NCBI RefSeq assembly: GCF_000485595.1
Contig: NW_014577092.1
Location: 1-62,791, forward strand
Direction: 5' to 3'
DNA length: 62,791 bases
DNA from: Priapulus caudatus
Taxonomy: Eukaryota
Below, one piece after another: positions 41,201-54,700 of the stretch (position 1 is the first letter of the stretch; each line of letters begins with the position of its first letter). The position numbers and the translations under genes are program-made. The notes beneath the pieces are model-generated. The model had not been told where the DNA came from and did not search any database. It saw nothing but the letters and a program-made list of their open reading frames with translations.

Positions 41201-44200
41201 ACGGTGATATGTTGCTTCTAGTAAGAATCTTTTCAATTTCAAAATGCAGATGAAACGCTTTTATATGTCTAATGAATCAAGTAGATTGAAATATGTCAGA
41301 GTGGCAACCAGCAGTGTCATCAAATTTAGACGAAGTGTGTTTGAGTTTAATTTGCACAAGTAAAGAAGTAGTCCCTGCATGATTACGATTTTGTGTTTAC
41401 TGCATGATTTACGACTGATAAGCAATGCAGTATGCACTGTTATGTTGCACTACATGTTTCTACCTGCTATCTAGAAGTAGCATTATTTGTATTATCGCCT
41501 ACATCTGTAATCTGCCCAGTGTTTATATAACTTCCTACATTCTTGTTTACTTGTTTACTTGTTTACGCATATATTAGCAAATTTGGAGCATCACTATCTA
41601 CACGTACAGCATTGCTCTCAGCATATACATGAGAAATTGAGCACCACTGTTATCATATATTATTGACCTTAGTTTGGTAGGGAATTGCAAATTGTGGATA
41701 CATGAATGAATGTGACAATGCTCAATACAGTATGCATATATTGGGAGTTCATTTATGCGACGGTGTCTATGTAATAAGGAATGAGAGAAGGAATTTTTTA
41801 CTGTCCTTTAGATTGACAAGATCTTTCAAGAATTTACCAAAGATGACGATGATGATTTTATGGATCCAGAGGAATTACAGGAATTTCTTAAAAAGGCACA
41901 GAAGGTAGGGAAAATTAAGCACGGGCAGTCAAGTCAGGGCTTAAAAATAAATGAAACAGATGCAGAGAGATAGAATGAGAAGAGGAAGGAATTGAAGTGA
42001 ATAGAAAACGAGATAAACATTGAGTAATCTCAGAATATAGAAAGAGCTTGAATGAAAAAGAGAGAAAAAGGAGGGAGAGGGGGGGAAGGGGGCCAAGGTA
42101 AATGGAAAGGCTGAAAAAAGAAGTAATGAGGGGAAAATGAAGGGTGATGTAGCATACAAAGCATATAATGATGTAGCAGCGAGAGCGAGGGACAGTCAGT
42201 AGAGAATGTAGAAAAATATGTGGTGTGAGTTCATGTACAAACGTTTTTGTCCAGGCCGATGTCAGTGTTGATGAATGCAGAGCTATGATACAGAAGTATG
42301 AACCATTACAGGAAAACAAGGAGGTCGATGTCCTCTCCGGGGAAGGTATAACCTATCAGTTGCTAACCGACTGATCATTTTTTGCATCAGTCGATTTTTC
42401 CTGCTTTTATGTTTCATATCCTGTGATCATGCAACCACTGCGATGGCTTAATTAGTAGAGTGCTCGCCTCGCATGTGGAAGGTCGTGGGTTCGCATCCCG
42501 GCCGGGTCATACCAAAGACTTGAAAAATGGTACACACTGCTTCTCTGCTTAGTACTCAGCAAAACGAGATAGAGTGTGGAAACGGTGCCAAGAAGAGAGC
42601 CTTGTATGTGGCAGCACCCGCCAGTGAAAACTGTGAATCTTTTCATTTAAAAACATGGAAAAATTGTCGAGAGCTGACAGTAGAGGTTCTCTGAGGAGAC
42701 CTAGAGTCAGAAGAGAATCTGTGAATCTGTGAATATCAAAGACAGAGAAGTCTTGTTAATACAAACATATCTTTTATAAGGAGTCGAGTCCTCTCTGTAT
42801 ATCACGCCCACGTGAACAGATGTCTGCCATGTTCCTGGACCTTTTAATGGCCGCCCAGTGCATGTACAAAAACAATCAATATATGCGGCAGTTTGGCCAC
42901 TTAAATATAAAGAACAGTATAAACCAAAGTACATTACAGTGAAACATTTTCTGACATGAAGGAATAAGAAAATGTGCATTTACATGTTCACAACTGGTTA
43001 CAATAGAAAATTCTGCATGCCGTGGTATCTAATGGTTTATCTTTGCAGGGCTTCGTCAGCTGCTGCTTGGTGCAGAACAGGACATCTTCAATCTAAGGTG
43101 CAATCAAATCTACCAGGACATGACCCGACCAATAACACACTACTTCATTGACTCGTCACATAACACGTGTGTATTATGTATATGTATATATTGCCTTTGT
43201 TTTAACTTATTCATTTACCATTACATATTTAACATTAACTAAGAGGCTTTCTATATATATTATATAGTTATACATATGTACACATTTGAACATGTTAATA
43301 TACTACTATATATCACGAGTTAGATGTAGCAGATTAGTTAAACATGGTCACCACAGCATGAATGAGCAGAAGTTCACTTTAGCTTATTAGACTGCAACTA
43401 CAGTTTAGATTCTTTATACTTATCATATAATTATTTAGTAATAAAAATATAGTAATAATAATTAATAATATAAATATAATTGTAATAATATTTAGGTGAT
43501 GTGTTTTAATATATTTTATTAATAAAGCAGTTTCTTGCCTGATATAATGTCTGTTGTTCAATTGTATACTGTGACAATTTAAAACATGTTGCAGCTATTT
43601 AATGGAGGATCAGTTGCGAGGACCCAGTAGTATTGAGGCTTACAAGAGAGCACTTCAAAAAGGCTGCAGATGTGTAGAAAGTGGGTATCATTTAATTACA
43701 ATATTTTAAAATATTTAATTAAATCATTACTAGATTTATATTACACCGGTTGGATTCTGTTGGCATCTTTAAGACTAATTGAAAACTTGTGGGGTTATAT
43801 ATTATTGTATTGTATTTGTTGTATATGTTATGCTATACTCTGATTGTAGTGGACCTTTGGGATGGGAATAATGGTGAACCTATAATATTCCATGGACACA
43901 CTCTAACATCAAAGATATTGTTCAAGGATGCACTCACAGCCTGCATGGAGTATGCTTTCAAGACATCAGAGTGAGTGTTGAGCTTCACATAGAATATGAC
44001 CGTGCACAGCAGGTTGGATAATGTTTATGATGTGGTGAAGCACATAAACAGAGTCAGTGTCATGTATATCATCAGTTTTATGGCATTTCAACTACTCACC
44101 CATTTACCTTAATGCCTTAAAGCACCATATAGTGGTCATAGGCACTTGCACTTGCACTTGCAGCCACAGTGCCCTGTAGTATATGATGTGTCTTCAACAC

Positions 44201-47200
44201 AGCACAGGTTTGTCTCTGCTGCATTAATTGGTGCATGTCATGCATTGGGGCCGTATGCCAGTTTTACGAACACACGTTAATACGAAATCTTTCACAGAGG
44301 AACACTTTATTGCCTAACATGAAAGCAACATGGTAGCTGGTGGTGGAACACCAGAAACTGTGGATGCATAATACGGATGCAAAATGCAAGGATAAAACAA
44401 ATACACACCTAACAACTCCTCAGTAACAAACCTTTCACCAAAACTCCAAAGGCGTAGAATCTAACACATGACAAAACCAATGTATGGAATATCTTACGTT
44501 TCTGTCTTCTAAGTGACTGGTCCCTCCAAATCGCCAACCAAGGTATATGGGGATATTCAGAGTTACAGAACACTGAACTTAGATTACTTCCTGTACAGTG
44601 TGGGTCAAGTGCATGTGCTTCTGATTTAGCTACCCAGTGATTCTGTCCATGGAGAACCACTGCTCTGTGGAGCAGCAGAAGATGGTTGCCTCCCACCTAA
44701 AAGACATTCTTGGTAGCACTCTGTGGTACATCGACCTAGATGACACTGTCACAGAAATGCCTTCCCCGGAAAAGCTCAGGGGCAAGATTGTGGTAAAGGT
44801 AGGAGAGATTGTAATTCTTCAAAGATCACCAACCTCAATATCTGTATACGGTTACCATATAGAATTACAGGACCATCCTCTAGCTTGCATAGTAAGCAGA
44901 ATATACTTCTTGTAACAGCCTGAACTGTCATTTCCCCTCCTGATCTTTGTGGGCCACTTGTTTCTCCATGGCCTGCATCTAGAGCTCATGTTACTGCAGG
45001 GAAAGCGGCTACCACCCCCATATCCTGATCCTAACGTTGTGGATGAGGATGAAGTTAGTGACGAGGACGAGGCAGCTGAGATTGTGGATGAGATAATCAC
45101 AAAAGAGCTCACGAAGAAGGTAGGAAAGGTAGGGATGTATATTATGGGGCTGTGTAAGTTTTGCTTGGCTGTTCTTTATAAAAGTGTATGAGGCTAAAGT
45201 TGGCCGAATTATTGCCTCACTCATGTGTTACATTGTGTTTACAATGTGTTTCTGTGATATATTTATGTAAATGTAGAGATGATACAATTTCACATTATTT
45301 TCTGCTTCCAGACAGGCAAGAAGGTAAAGTTAGCAAAGGAGTTGTCTGATCGAGTGTTACTAAAGAGTGTGCATTTCAGCAACTTCGAACTGGCTAAGGC
45401 AAAATGTAAGTTCGTATATTATAACTGAGTCAATGTATTTGCATTCTGAAGCTAGGATAATGTGATAGCATTGAATGTTCTTAGTGTTAATGAAAAGACA
45501 AACAAGCTAAGTAATTCATAAATGTTCTGATGACAGGCAAATGTTATGAAATGTCATCGTTTGTGGAGAAGAAAGCAGAGAAGCTGATCAGCACAGAGCC
45601 CGCATCATATGTTGAACACAACAAGTTGTTCCTGAGCCGTATCTACCCAAATGGCCTGCGCACTGATTCCAGCAACTACAGCCCTATTGATATGTGGAAT
45701 GTTGGCTGTCAGATTGGTAATGTGATCTATGAACATATCATATCAGACGTCTACTCCATACTCAGTAAAATGTACATTTTTACACAAAAGTGCATGTATA
45801 ATTATAGCAACAGTTACCAAATTAACTTACACACATGTTCACTAGAATATGGAAATGCCGTAGAGGAATGTGTGAAAAGCATCTAAGATGCTAGTGATGT
45901 TTTAGAAGATTGTTTAATAGAGTGAAAACTACAGGAGTCGTGCAATAAAAGGCATCAGGCAGACACCCTTTACATATACAGGGCACAAAAACATTTCCGT
46001 TGCAGTTGCGTTGAACTATCAGACAGCAGGGAAGCAGATGCAGCTGTACAAGGGAAAATTCCAGGATAATGGCAAATGTGGCTACCTTCTAAAGCCAGCT
46101 GCACTGCAAGATGCTCGGTCTACATTTAACCCAAACAAACCGGAGACCTATGGTTGCAAACCTAAACTTCTGACTATCAAAGTGAGTAGCATATTGCCAC
46201 AAGTTCCCAAAGTCAGGGAATGTTGCTATTTGATTATGAAATTCACCAGTAAACGTTTTCATTTCAGATTCGTTTCAGATCCAGTTTCAGGTTGTGGTGA
46301 GGATATTTTTTTATGGACATGTCAATAGGTAGCAGCTAGCATGCAACTTTACATAGAAAACCTCTGAGTTGGGGGGGACTCAGGAGGGGGCATGGGTACT
46401 GCAGAGATGCCAACCACTACGATTTATCCGTATTTTATACAAATTTCTATTCCTTTGCACCACTACGACCAGTTTGTATCAAACTACGAATTTCACTGTG
46501 ATCGGGAAAAAAAAAATTATTTTTGGTTTGTCAGTCTATAATACGCAGGGGAAAAAATACACGGGGGCGGCAGGCAATTTCGCCTTCGAAATGCCAAAAA
46601 GAGCCCCCGAAAACATGATATCGGGGGGGGGGGGCCACCCCAAAAGAAAAAGTCGCCCTGGAAATCGATTGTCCAGGTCGGTCCCGCGCCTTGCTGCTCT
46701 CGCTCGGCGTTGCTGCGCTGCGATGCCTAGGCCTCTGCCGCTAGCGGCAGCTAGTTCCACGGCGCGGTAGAATTCATGGTACGGTGTGACTGTCAAGTGT
46801 TTACCATTTAAGCATGCATGTGTGTACTGTACTGTATTGCATTCAATCAAGCGCGCGCCGCCGCCCGCGCGTATATACGTGTGTGCCTGTGCGCGTGCTT
46901 GCGTGTGTGCCTGCGCGCAAGCGTGTGTGCGTGCTGGTGTGCCTGCGGGCGTGCTTGCGTGTGTGCCTGCACGCGTGCGTGCGTGCGTGCGTGCGTGCGT
47001 GCCTGTGTGTGCCGGTGTGCCGGTGTGCCTGCGCGCGTGCATGTGTGCGCGTGCGTGCATGTGAGCGGGTGTGCCTGCGGGCGTGCCTACGTAGACCCAT
47101 AGGACCAACGACCCATAGGATTATAGAACAGTAATCCATGGAAAATCCTAATGAAATTCACACGTATATTTTTCCCTGCCGGCACACTCGTGTGTCATTC

Positions 47201-48689
47201 CCGATTGTAGCTTTTTCGTCAATTCCCCGAAAGAGTTTTGCTGTCGCTCTCTCATAGTCCAGCAATGCCAACCCTCTACATTTAAGTAGTGATTAGTACC
47301 ACGCTGAAACAATCGTGCCCCCCTCCCCCCCCGTACTTCAATCAATAGCCTTGTTCACACGAGACCTCGTATTTATGAAATACGGTATTTGCGAAATACC
47401 GAATCTGAGACAAATACGCAGCCGAGCGTTCACACGCTGATCGCGGCTCCAGAAATACGGTATTTGCGAGCTGCGAGCTGCTTTAAACAATCAAGCGAAC
47501 AATGCGAAATAAACAATGCAATGCGACCAACTGCCGATAAAATACGTAGACTGGTCTGCGCTCGACAGTTCCACTCGCGTTACACTGGAACTGTCGAGCG
47601 CGGACCAGTAGTCTATAAAATACGCGGCTTTAGAAATCTGGTATTTAGCGTTCACACGAGGAAATGCGCGGTCCAAGAGATCCGGTATTTCTCAAGCACG
47701 GCAAATTATTTGGGGTCTGGGAAGCCGCCTATTTACATCAAATACCGGATCTGTTTAGATACCGTATTTCTTGAACCGCGCATTTTGCCTCGTGTGAACG
47801 CTAAATACCGGATTTCTTGCTACGTGTGAACGCGGCTAATGCCACCCCTGCCAGCAGGCACGTACGCAGCGTCAATGGATGTACACAGCCATACACACGT
47901 GCCTCGTGGGCCGCTTTCTCAAACCCCCTGAGCTTCCAGGGCCCTTACGCGGGCCCTGGACCCCAGCCGCAAGAGACTTCGCGTATAAACAATCGATCCT
48001 CCTCGCTCGTACAGGCAGACACTCCACTATTTGCGCTAGCCGTAATTAGTGATGTCCCGATGATCGATTATAATCGAAAATCGATCGATTATAGTCTCAA
48101 ATTCGATAATCGATTATGAAAACAAAAATCGATTATCAAAATACAAAAAAAAAAAAAAAAAATTTAAAAATTACTAAATCGCAACATGGACATGTATTGG
48201 TAGCGAAGTAGAAGTGCATCAGTGTGTAGTCCAGAGGACACCTTCATGAATCACTGTTAACATAGGTCCTGTCTGATTGCAGCCTACACTATTAGAACAC
48301 AAACAACTTACTTACTATAATAAAGAACAAGTCTTGATCATGTTTGTTTAAAACTTTTAATGTTTTAATAAAGGCATTAAACCATTTCTTTTTAAATTGA
48401 TTAAATACTGTATAGGAACAGACATTGATATACATACAGCAACCTTCACAGAGTTAATACATGATCATAAAACATGATAATATTGAATGCTATGTATAAT
48501 TGTATATACAAAGTAAGATTAAATTAAATCTAGCTATTATTAACCGATTATCCGATTATAATCGATTATCGATCGGTTAAGGGAAACCGATAATCGATTA
48601 TGAAATTCCAGCCGATTCCCATCACTAGCCGTAATACAATGTTTCATGTGCGTGGCAGCGTATGTACTACAATTTAGAACGTGTGTGTG

Positions 48690-48733
<44 letters not shown>

Positions 48734-51700
48734 TGTAAAATTAATAATCCCCCCCTTTCGAACTACTAATTTGATTGCCAGAAACTACAGATTGCTTCAA
48801 ATATATGTTGGCATCTCTGGTACTGGGTTCGCTATGGTGTCAGTACTCAGTAGAGTATGACCGTTATGAGTATGACCGTCGTTATGAGTCGTTACATATA
48901 ATTCCTCAGTAATGTAGAACTATTACTCACCAGTTCCTTTCTCTTTGTTATAATTTATGTTTTATATACTCACGTTATTTAAATATATAAAATATATCAA
49001 TCTTAGGTTCGATATGGCTATGATAGTGGAGACATTCTTACGATTGTTATAGATCATAAGTGGACAGCGCCTACCGAAGCCTGGTGGATCAATGAAGGGG
49101 GAAGTGATTGATCCCTATGTGGTGGTTTCTGTTCATGGAGTCCCACCTGATAACCAGAAAGTAAAAACCAAAATTATTATGGACAATGGTAAGGACCCGC
49201 GTAAATCACTTGCTGAAAGAACAAATCACGTGGATGAATGATTCTGTAAAATAATCCTACATAGTAATTATGCTAGAGAATGCCTGAGTTCATTACAAGA
49301 GCGAAGGTCTAATAGGGAGTGAATTATTTAGGATGTAATTGTTTAAGAAGATAGAGTAAGTGTCGATAATTATGTATAATAGACTTATATATTGTCATAC
49401 GTGTTATATAATCTTTGTGTATTGTGACTAGGTATAACCATGACATGTTTCACCTGTCTGGAGTTTTTACTACCCTACCAGAACAGCACACCGTGTCAGT
49501 ATAGCTACTTAATATAGCTACATTCTCAGGGACATCTATTCACAATTACCAGGGGCCCGTTGTCAGAAACTTCGTAAAGTTACGATTAATTTTAAGTGAC
49601 GTCTAATGTTAATGTTAAGGTTAATTTTAATAGCGTTGCCAGAAACCAACTTAAACTAAACTTACTTAAGTGAAAACTTACGATAACATGAACTTCATAA
49701 TTTCATGTCACAAGGCTGCTGATTGGATGAGAAGCGATCACAAAATTCAAATTCATACACATTTATTGTACATCACAGTAATTTATGCATATTATGATGG
49801 CTAACCACATATAAATAATATTTGATGAAAAATTACGTGGTCATGAATTTATTCTGCACAACAAGACAAATTCTAATGATTTTGACGTGTTTTTCAACAA
49901 AAACGCATTTTATTCATTATTATCAAATATATAATATCACTATAATTGTAATTCGTAGTGTAAATGTGTTATTTTCAACTTAATATTAAAGTTACGAGAG
50001 GGTCTGGGCTCTCGTAATGTTAAGAGCTAGGATATTTGCGAGGATTTTTCGTTNNNNNNNNNNAAACGTACGCGCCATCTCGTGGCAACTTTCATAACAA
50101 AGGTTCCTGATACCATCCTTGTGCATTCCACTGTTTCGGCGTGTATGTGAACACATTTGGGACTAACAGGGTTTACTAGAATCCCACCACTCCACCACAG
50201 AGTCACCGCAGTAGACGTTAGATGAGCGCTGTCGCTTTGCGGCACTTGTTTTATTAGCGGTAGATAATTAATGATTTTGACGTGTTTTTCAAGAAAAACA
50301 CATTTTATTCATTATTATAAAATATAATATCACTATAATTGTAATTCGTAGTGTAAATGTGTTATTTTCAACTTAATATTAAAGTTAAGGGAGGGTCTAG
50401 GATCTCTTAAGTTAGAGAAAAATTCTTTTAACTTTACGAAGTTTCTGGCAACGCTTTAAGAGAAAAAGTTAATGTTAAAGTTAATGTTAAGACTAATTTT
50501 TTTCTGACAACGGGCCCCAGATGTAGCTGCATGCTAATCCTTTCATCTTCACAATTCCTGTGTGGGTTTTATGCAGCTGCTACAGCTACTGCTACAGCTA
50601 CTGCTACAGCTACTGCTGCTGCAACAGCTGCTACATTGTAGTGAAATAATAGGAGTGTTCACACACAAGAAAAACCGCGATGCTAATCGCGATGGAAATA
50701 CCGAGATAATTGTGTCGTTGTTCACACAGGCGGAAATATCTCGCTAATCGCCGAGCGGGATAATTCTATTAATCGAACTGCGCATGCTCACTGCCGGATG
50801 TTGATACGATCGCTTGGAATGATGGGATAGAAAATACCGCGATTATTTGCGCGAGCGTTCACACACACGCAGCGGTGCAATTAATCGCGCTAATTCCAAA
50901 TAATTGCAGTCAAAAGTGCGATTTGCAGCGCGATTCGATCGCGATGCAAAAACCGAGATTTGCATCCCGCTAATTCCCGCCAGTGTGAACGCGCCTAATG
51001 AATCGTGTTCGCTGCATTAGCACACCTTTCCAACATTTCTTTATGCTTACCACTGGGAAGTGAACTCTTCCCTAGGTTTTTGTCGGTCGACCAACAACCG
51101 AGGTGCTTGTGCTAAGATGAGGTCTTTCACAGTTCATTCTGCTATCAGTTTAGCATTATGTTGATGTGAACTAATTTACTCATCACTGCAGGTTTTAATC
51201 CTCTGTGGGACGAAACATTCAAGCTGAAGATTCAAATGCCAGAGCTGGCACTGGTCAGATTTACCGTCTACGATTATGACGTGCGCTCTAAGAATGACTT
51301 TGTTGGAACATATACATTGCCATTCACGTGCATGCAAGAAGGTGAGTGCTTTACAACATGTGATGACCTGTTTACTGCAGCTGGGTATTATGGCATTGTA
51401 ATCTCTTAAAGATGCATGCATTCCTTCAAAGATCATGCTGCCAAGGAATTATGAAAATGTATAATTTCAATATTGCACGTTTATGTGTTATGGGTTATGT
51501 TGTTTAATATATGTTTTTAGAGGGAAGGTTTTGGCTTAGGAAATATATCTGGTTAAATGTTAAAATAATTTCCTCTTCCACTCTGGTAAAATTGTGTATT
51601 ATCAGCAATAGCCTACGCACAACTTGTGCGGGGGCAGCCTTATAGACCGAAGGTCCGATAGACCGAATATTGCAAAGGGTTAGGGTTAGGGTTAGGGCAT

Positions 51701-54700
51701 ATATATGATTTATAGTGGCATCATGATTTATTTGGTGGATGTGCGGCATATTCACGTTCGAATACGGCATCAGTGGATGTCCGGATGCGTAGCCTGGAGG
51801 CTAGGCGAGCGATTCCGGACGTGTAGCCACTGCGTATTCGAATAAACCTTCGGTCTATCGGGCCTTCAGTCTATAGGGTTGTAACCACTTGTGCTGTGCC
51901 TAGTCAAAAAGAGGTTCATGGGAATGCATCTCTTAATTATGTACATCTGTGGTAATATGACAAAATATTAGTTTATTCTGTAGCACCTAAATATTATCAT
52001 TGGGGCTAACAATTCTGTTTACTAACAGCGATGTAAGAACTAAATTGTGACAAATTTCGTCCGTAAAACCTATTCTCTTCAAGTTGTTCCCACACCCTGT
52101 TGCACTTGTTGGATGTTTGTGTTTATAGATTTTCCAGTGAAAACCAATTCATCATAATAAGATATATGTATTGTACTATCATAACTGTACAGATAATTGT
52201 AATTAATATAATTTGCCATATAGATGAAATAATTGAAAGTAGTTTATTGTTGACTACTATAGTTTTGCCTCATTTTAATTATGTTCTATTGATGTTGTCC
52301 TTCTATATCCCCTTTTATTCACCAAGCTCAACAAATAATTTTCTTTCTTCTCGATGTATTGCAGATTATTTCATTCTAGAGGGCCTATCTGTTCTCCTGT
52401 AATACTAGCCAAATTATGAATGTAAACATTGTTAGACACATATATTAGAAGGTTAATTATGTAACACGTACAGTAACACGTAAAGTAAGGAATTGACGAG
52501 GAGGGAGAATAAGAATTCATGTGCTCCTGACCGATATTCTATATATCAGGTTTTTGTGGTCATGATTTACAAATTCCAATTGAGCAAATATATGCAACTC
52601 AACTTTCCATGATCTGTGATATTATTGTATCCCCCGCGACGATACTATGGTTTCATGTCTGTCCAGCCGCCGCCGCCACCGCAAACACTCCCTTCCGCTC
52701 TATAACTCGACCCCTAATTGACCTAGCGTGACCAAACATGGTCGACTTACACATCTTGGGGAGAAGGTGCGCAGCGTACCAAAACCAGGTCACTACGACC
52801 TTTATTTGACGTTTACCTTGACCTTGATCATATTTCCCTTCCGCTCTATAACTCGACCCCTAATTGACCTAGCGTGACCAAACATGGTCTACTTACACAT
52901 CTTGGGGAGAAGGTGCGCAGCGTACCAAAACCAGGTCACTACGACCTTTATTTGACCTTTACTTTGACCTTGATCATATTTTCCTTCCACTCTATAACTC
53001 GGCCCCTAATTAAACTAGCGCTACCAAACTTGGTACTTACACATCTTGGGGAGAAGGTGTGCAGCATACCAAAACCAGGTCACTGCAACCAGACGTCCCA
53101 AGTCTCCCGGTCTCACCGGGAGACTCCCGGTATGACACGCGGCTTCCGGTGCCTCGGAATGAGGTCAGAAGCTCCCGGTCGTAACATTTTTCAGCCATGT
53201 GAAAATTTACATCAGTAAATCAGTAAATTACTAAATTTGCCATTGTTGTTGATGTACTTTGATCCCAGCGAACAATGAAAGGCGATAAAACGATGATTTT
53301 ACATGTATACTTTATAAAAAAAAATGGTGGTGTGCCGTGACAAACACATATCGCAGCCCGCCACAACTTTTTCCCTGTTTTTGCGCACTGCGAAAAAACG
53401 GCGATGGACCTGGCTCCCTTTCTTGGATTGCTGGGCCAATGCTGGCTCCCTTTCTTGGATTGCTGGGCCAATGCTGGCTCCCTTTCTTGGATTGCTGGCT
53501 CCCTTTCTTGGACTTTCCTAACTTGGGACCTCTGCTGCAACCTTTATTTGACCTTTACCTTGACCTTGATCATATTTGCCTTCCGCTCTATAACTCGGCC
53601 CCTAATTGACCTAGCGCTACCAAACTTGGCATACTTACACATCTTAGGGAGAAGGTGTGTCGCGTACCAAAACCACGTCACTGCGGCTTTTATTTGACCT
53701 TGACCTTGATCATATTTCCTTTCCGCTCTATAACTCAGCCCCTAATTGACCTAGCGCGAGCAAACTTCGTATACTTACACATCTTGGAGAAGTGTGTCGC
53801 GTACCAAAACCCCTAAGGCAACCAATTTTAACATACTTGCACATCTCAGGCAGATGAGTTGTGTAACAAACCTTTGTCTTTGTGACTTATTTAACTTTAC
53901 CTACCTTCTACGTCCTTACAGAGATATTTCGTTCATACTAGATCACGGGGGATACATGTAGTTGGCGACAACTGCCCGTTCTAGTTGAATATACACACGT
54001 AACTCTCATTTTTTATCTTTTTTAAAGTTCATTTTTGTAGATGACAATAAAAAAGATGGATATAGAGCAATTTTGATAAAGTTCTTGATATAGGAGCATG
54101 GTGTGCAATACCATGAACATATTTATACATTGTATATAATATAATCTTGACTACATGAAATAATATTTGATATTATGTACTCCTGATATGGTATCAGGAT
54201 TCCCCCATGCATTTAACGCTTATGTCAGGTCTGACATGGCTTCAAAGCTGAAGATAATTTCAGCATCTTAAAAGTCATTCCTCCAACATTTCCTAATTTC
54301 AAGCTATGTGTACTTTTGACTTTCTTAACACAGTTATGCTGTGTTTTCACAGCTTGACGTATACATCTCTGAACTCATGAAATCATGTTTACCTGTGTAC
54401 TGTGCCCGCTCATGACATGCGCAATGGACTCCAATTTGTACAACCATTTCCCAGACCCTCCTTCATCCGTCCATAAATGATATGCCTTCTAAAATTCCCA
54501 GGGGAGAAACCCCAATTTGTATACATTATTACATATATACGTACAATACACGTATACATATTCCTAACAATACTAATAAACTAATTTTTATATTCTTTTA
54601 TTTCGTCAAGTTTACATAGCCATTAATTTAGTATTGATGCAGATGAACTGAGGAAATAGCAAGTAGGGGTTTGGTTGTGGCTGTCACTGCTACATGCACT

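Larger units (their letters stand above)
46402..48819. mobile_element. non-autonomous TIR transposon with 6-bp TSD hosting nested MITEs
   Basis: 13-bp TIR CAGAGATGCCAAC / GTTGGCATCTCTG, GTACTG on both flanks. Confidence 0.85.

Noticed and set aside
42434..42505. tRNA gene
   Set aside because: Degenerate A box, no clear acceptor stem or T-run terminator; it continues into a SINE body
46536..47139. His/Ala/Arg- or Cys/Val-rich ORFs (also 57854-58127, 50562-50747)
   Set aside because: Translations of microsatellites
52365..52402. Third PLC terminal exon ([12 protein letters not shown])
   Set aside because: Phase-compatible acceptor, but no similarity to the GYxH...FV C2 ending; could be chance
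52688..53810. CRISPR-like array
   Set aside because: Units are tandem repeats without unique spacers; eukaryotic context, no cas genes
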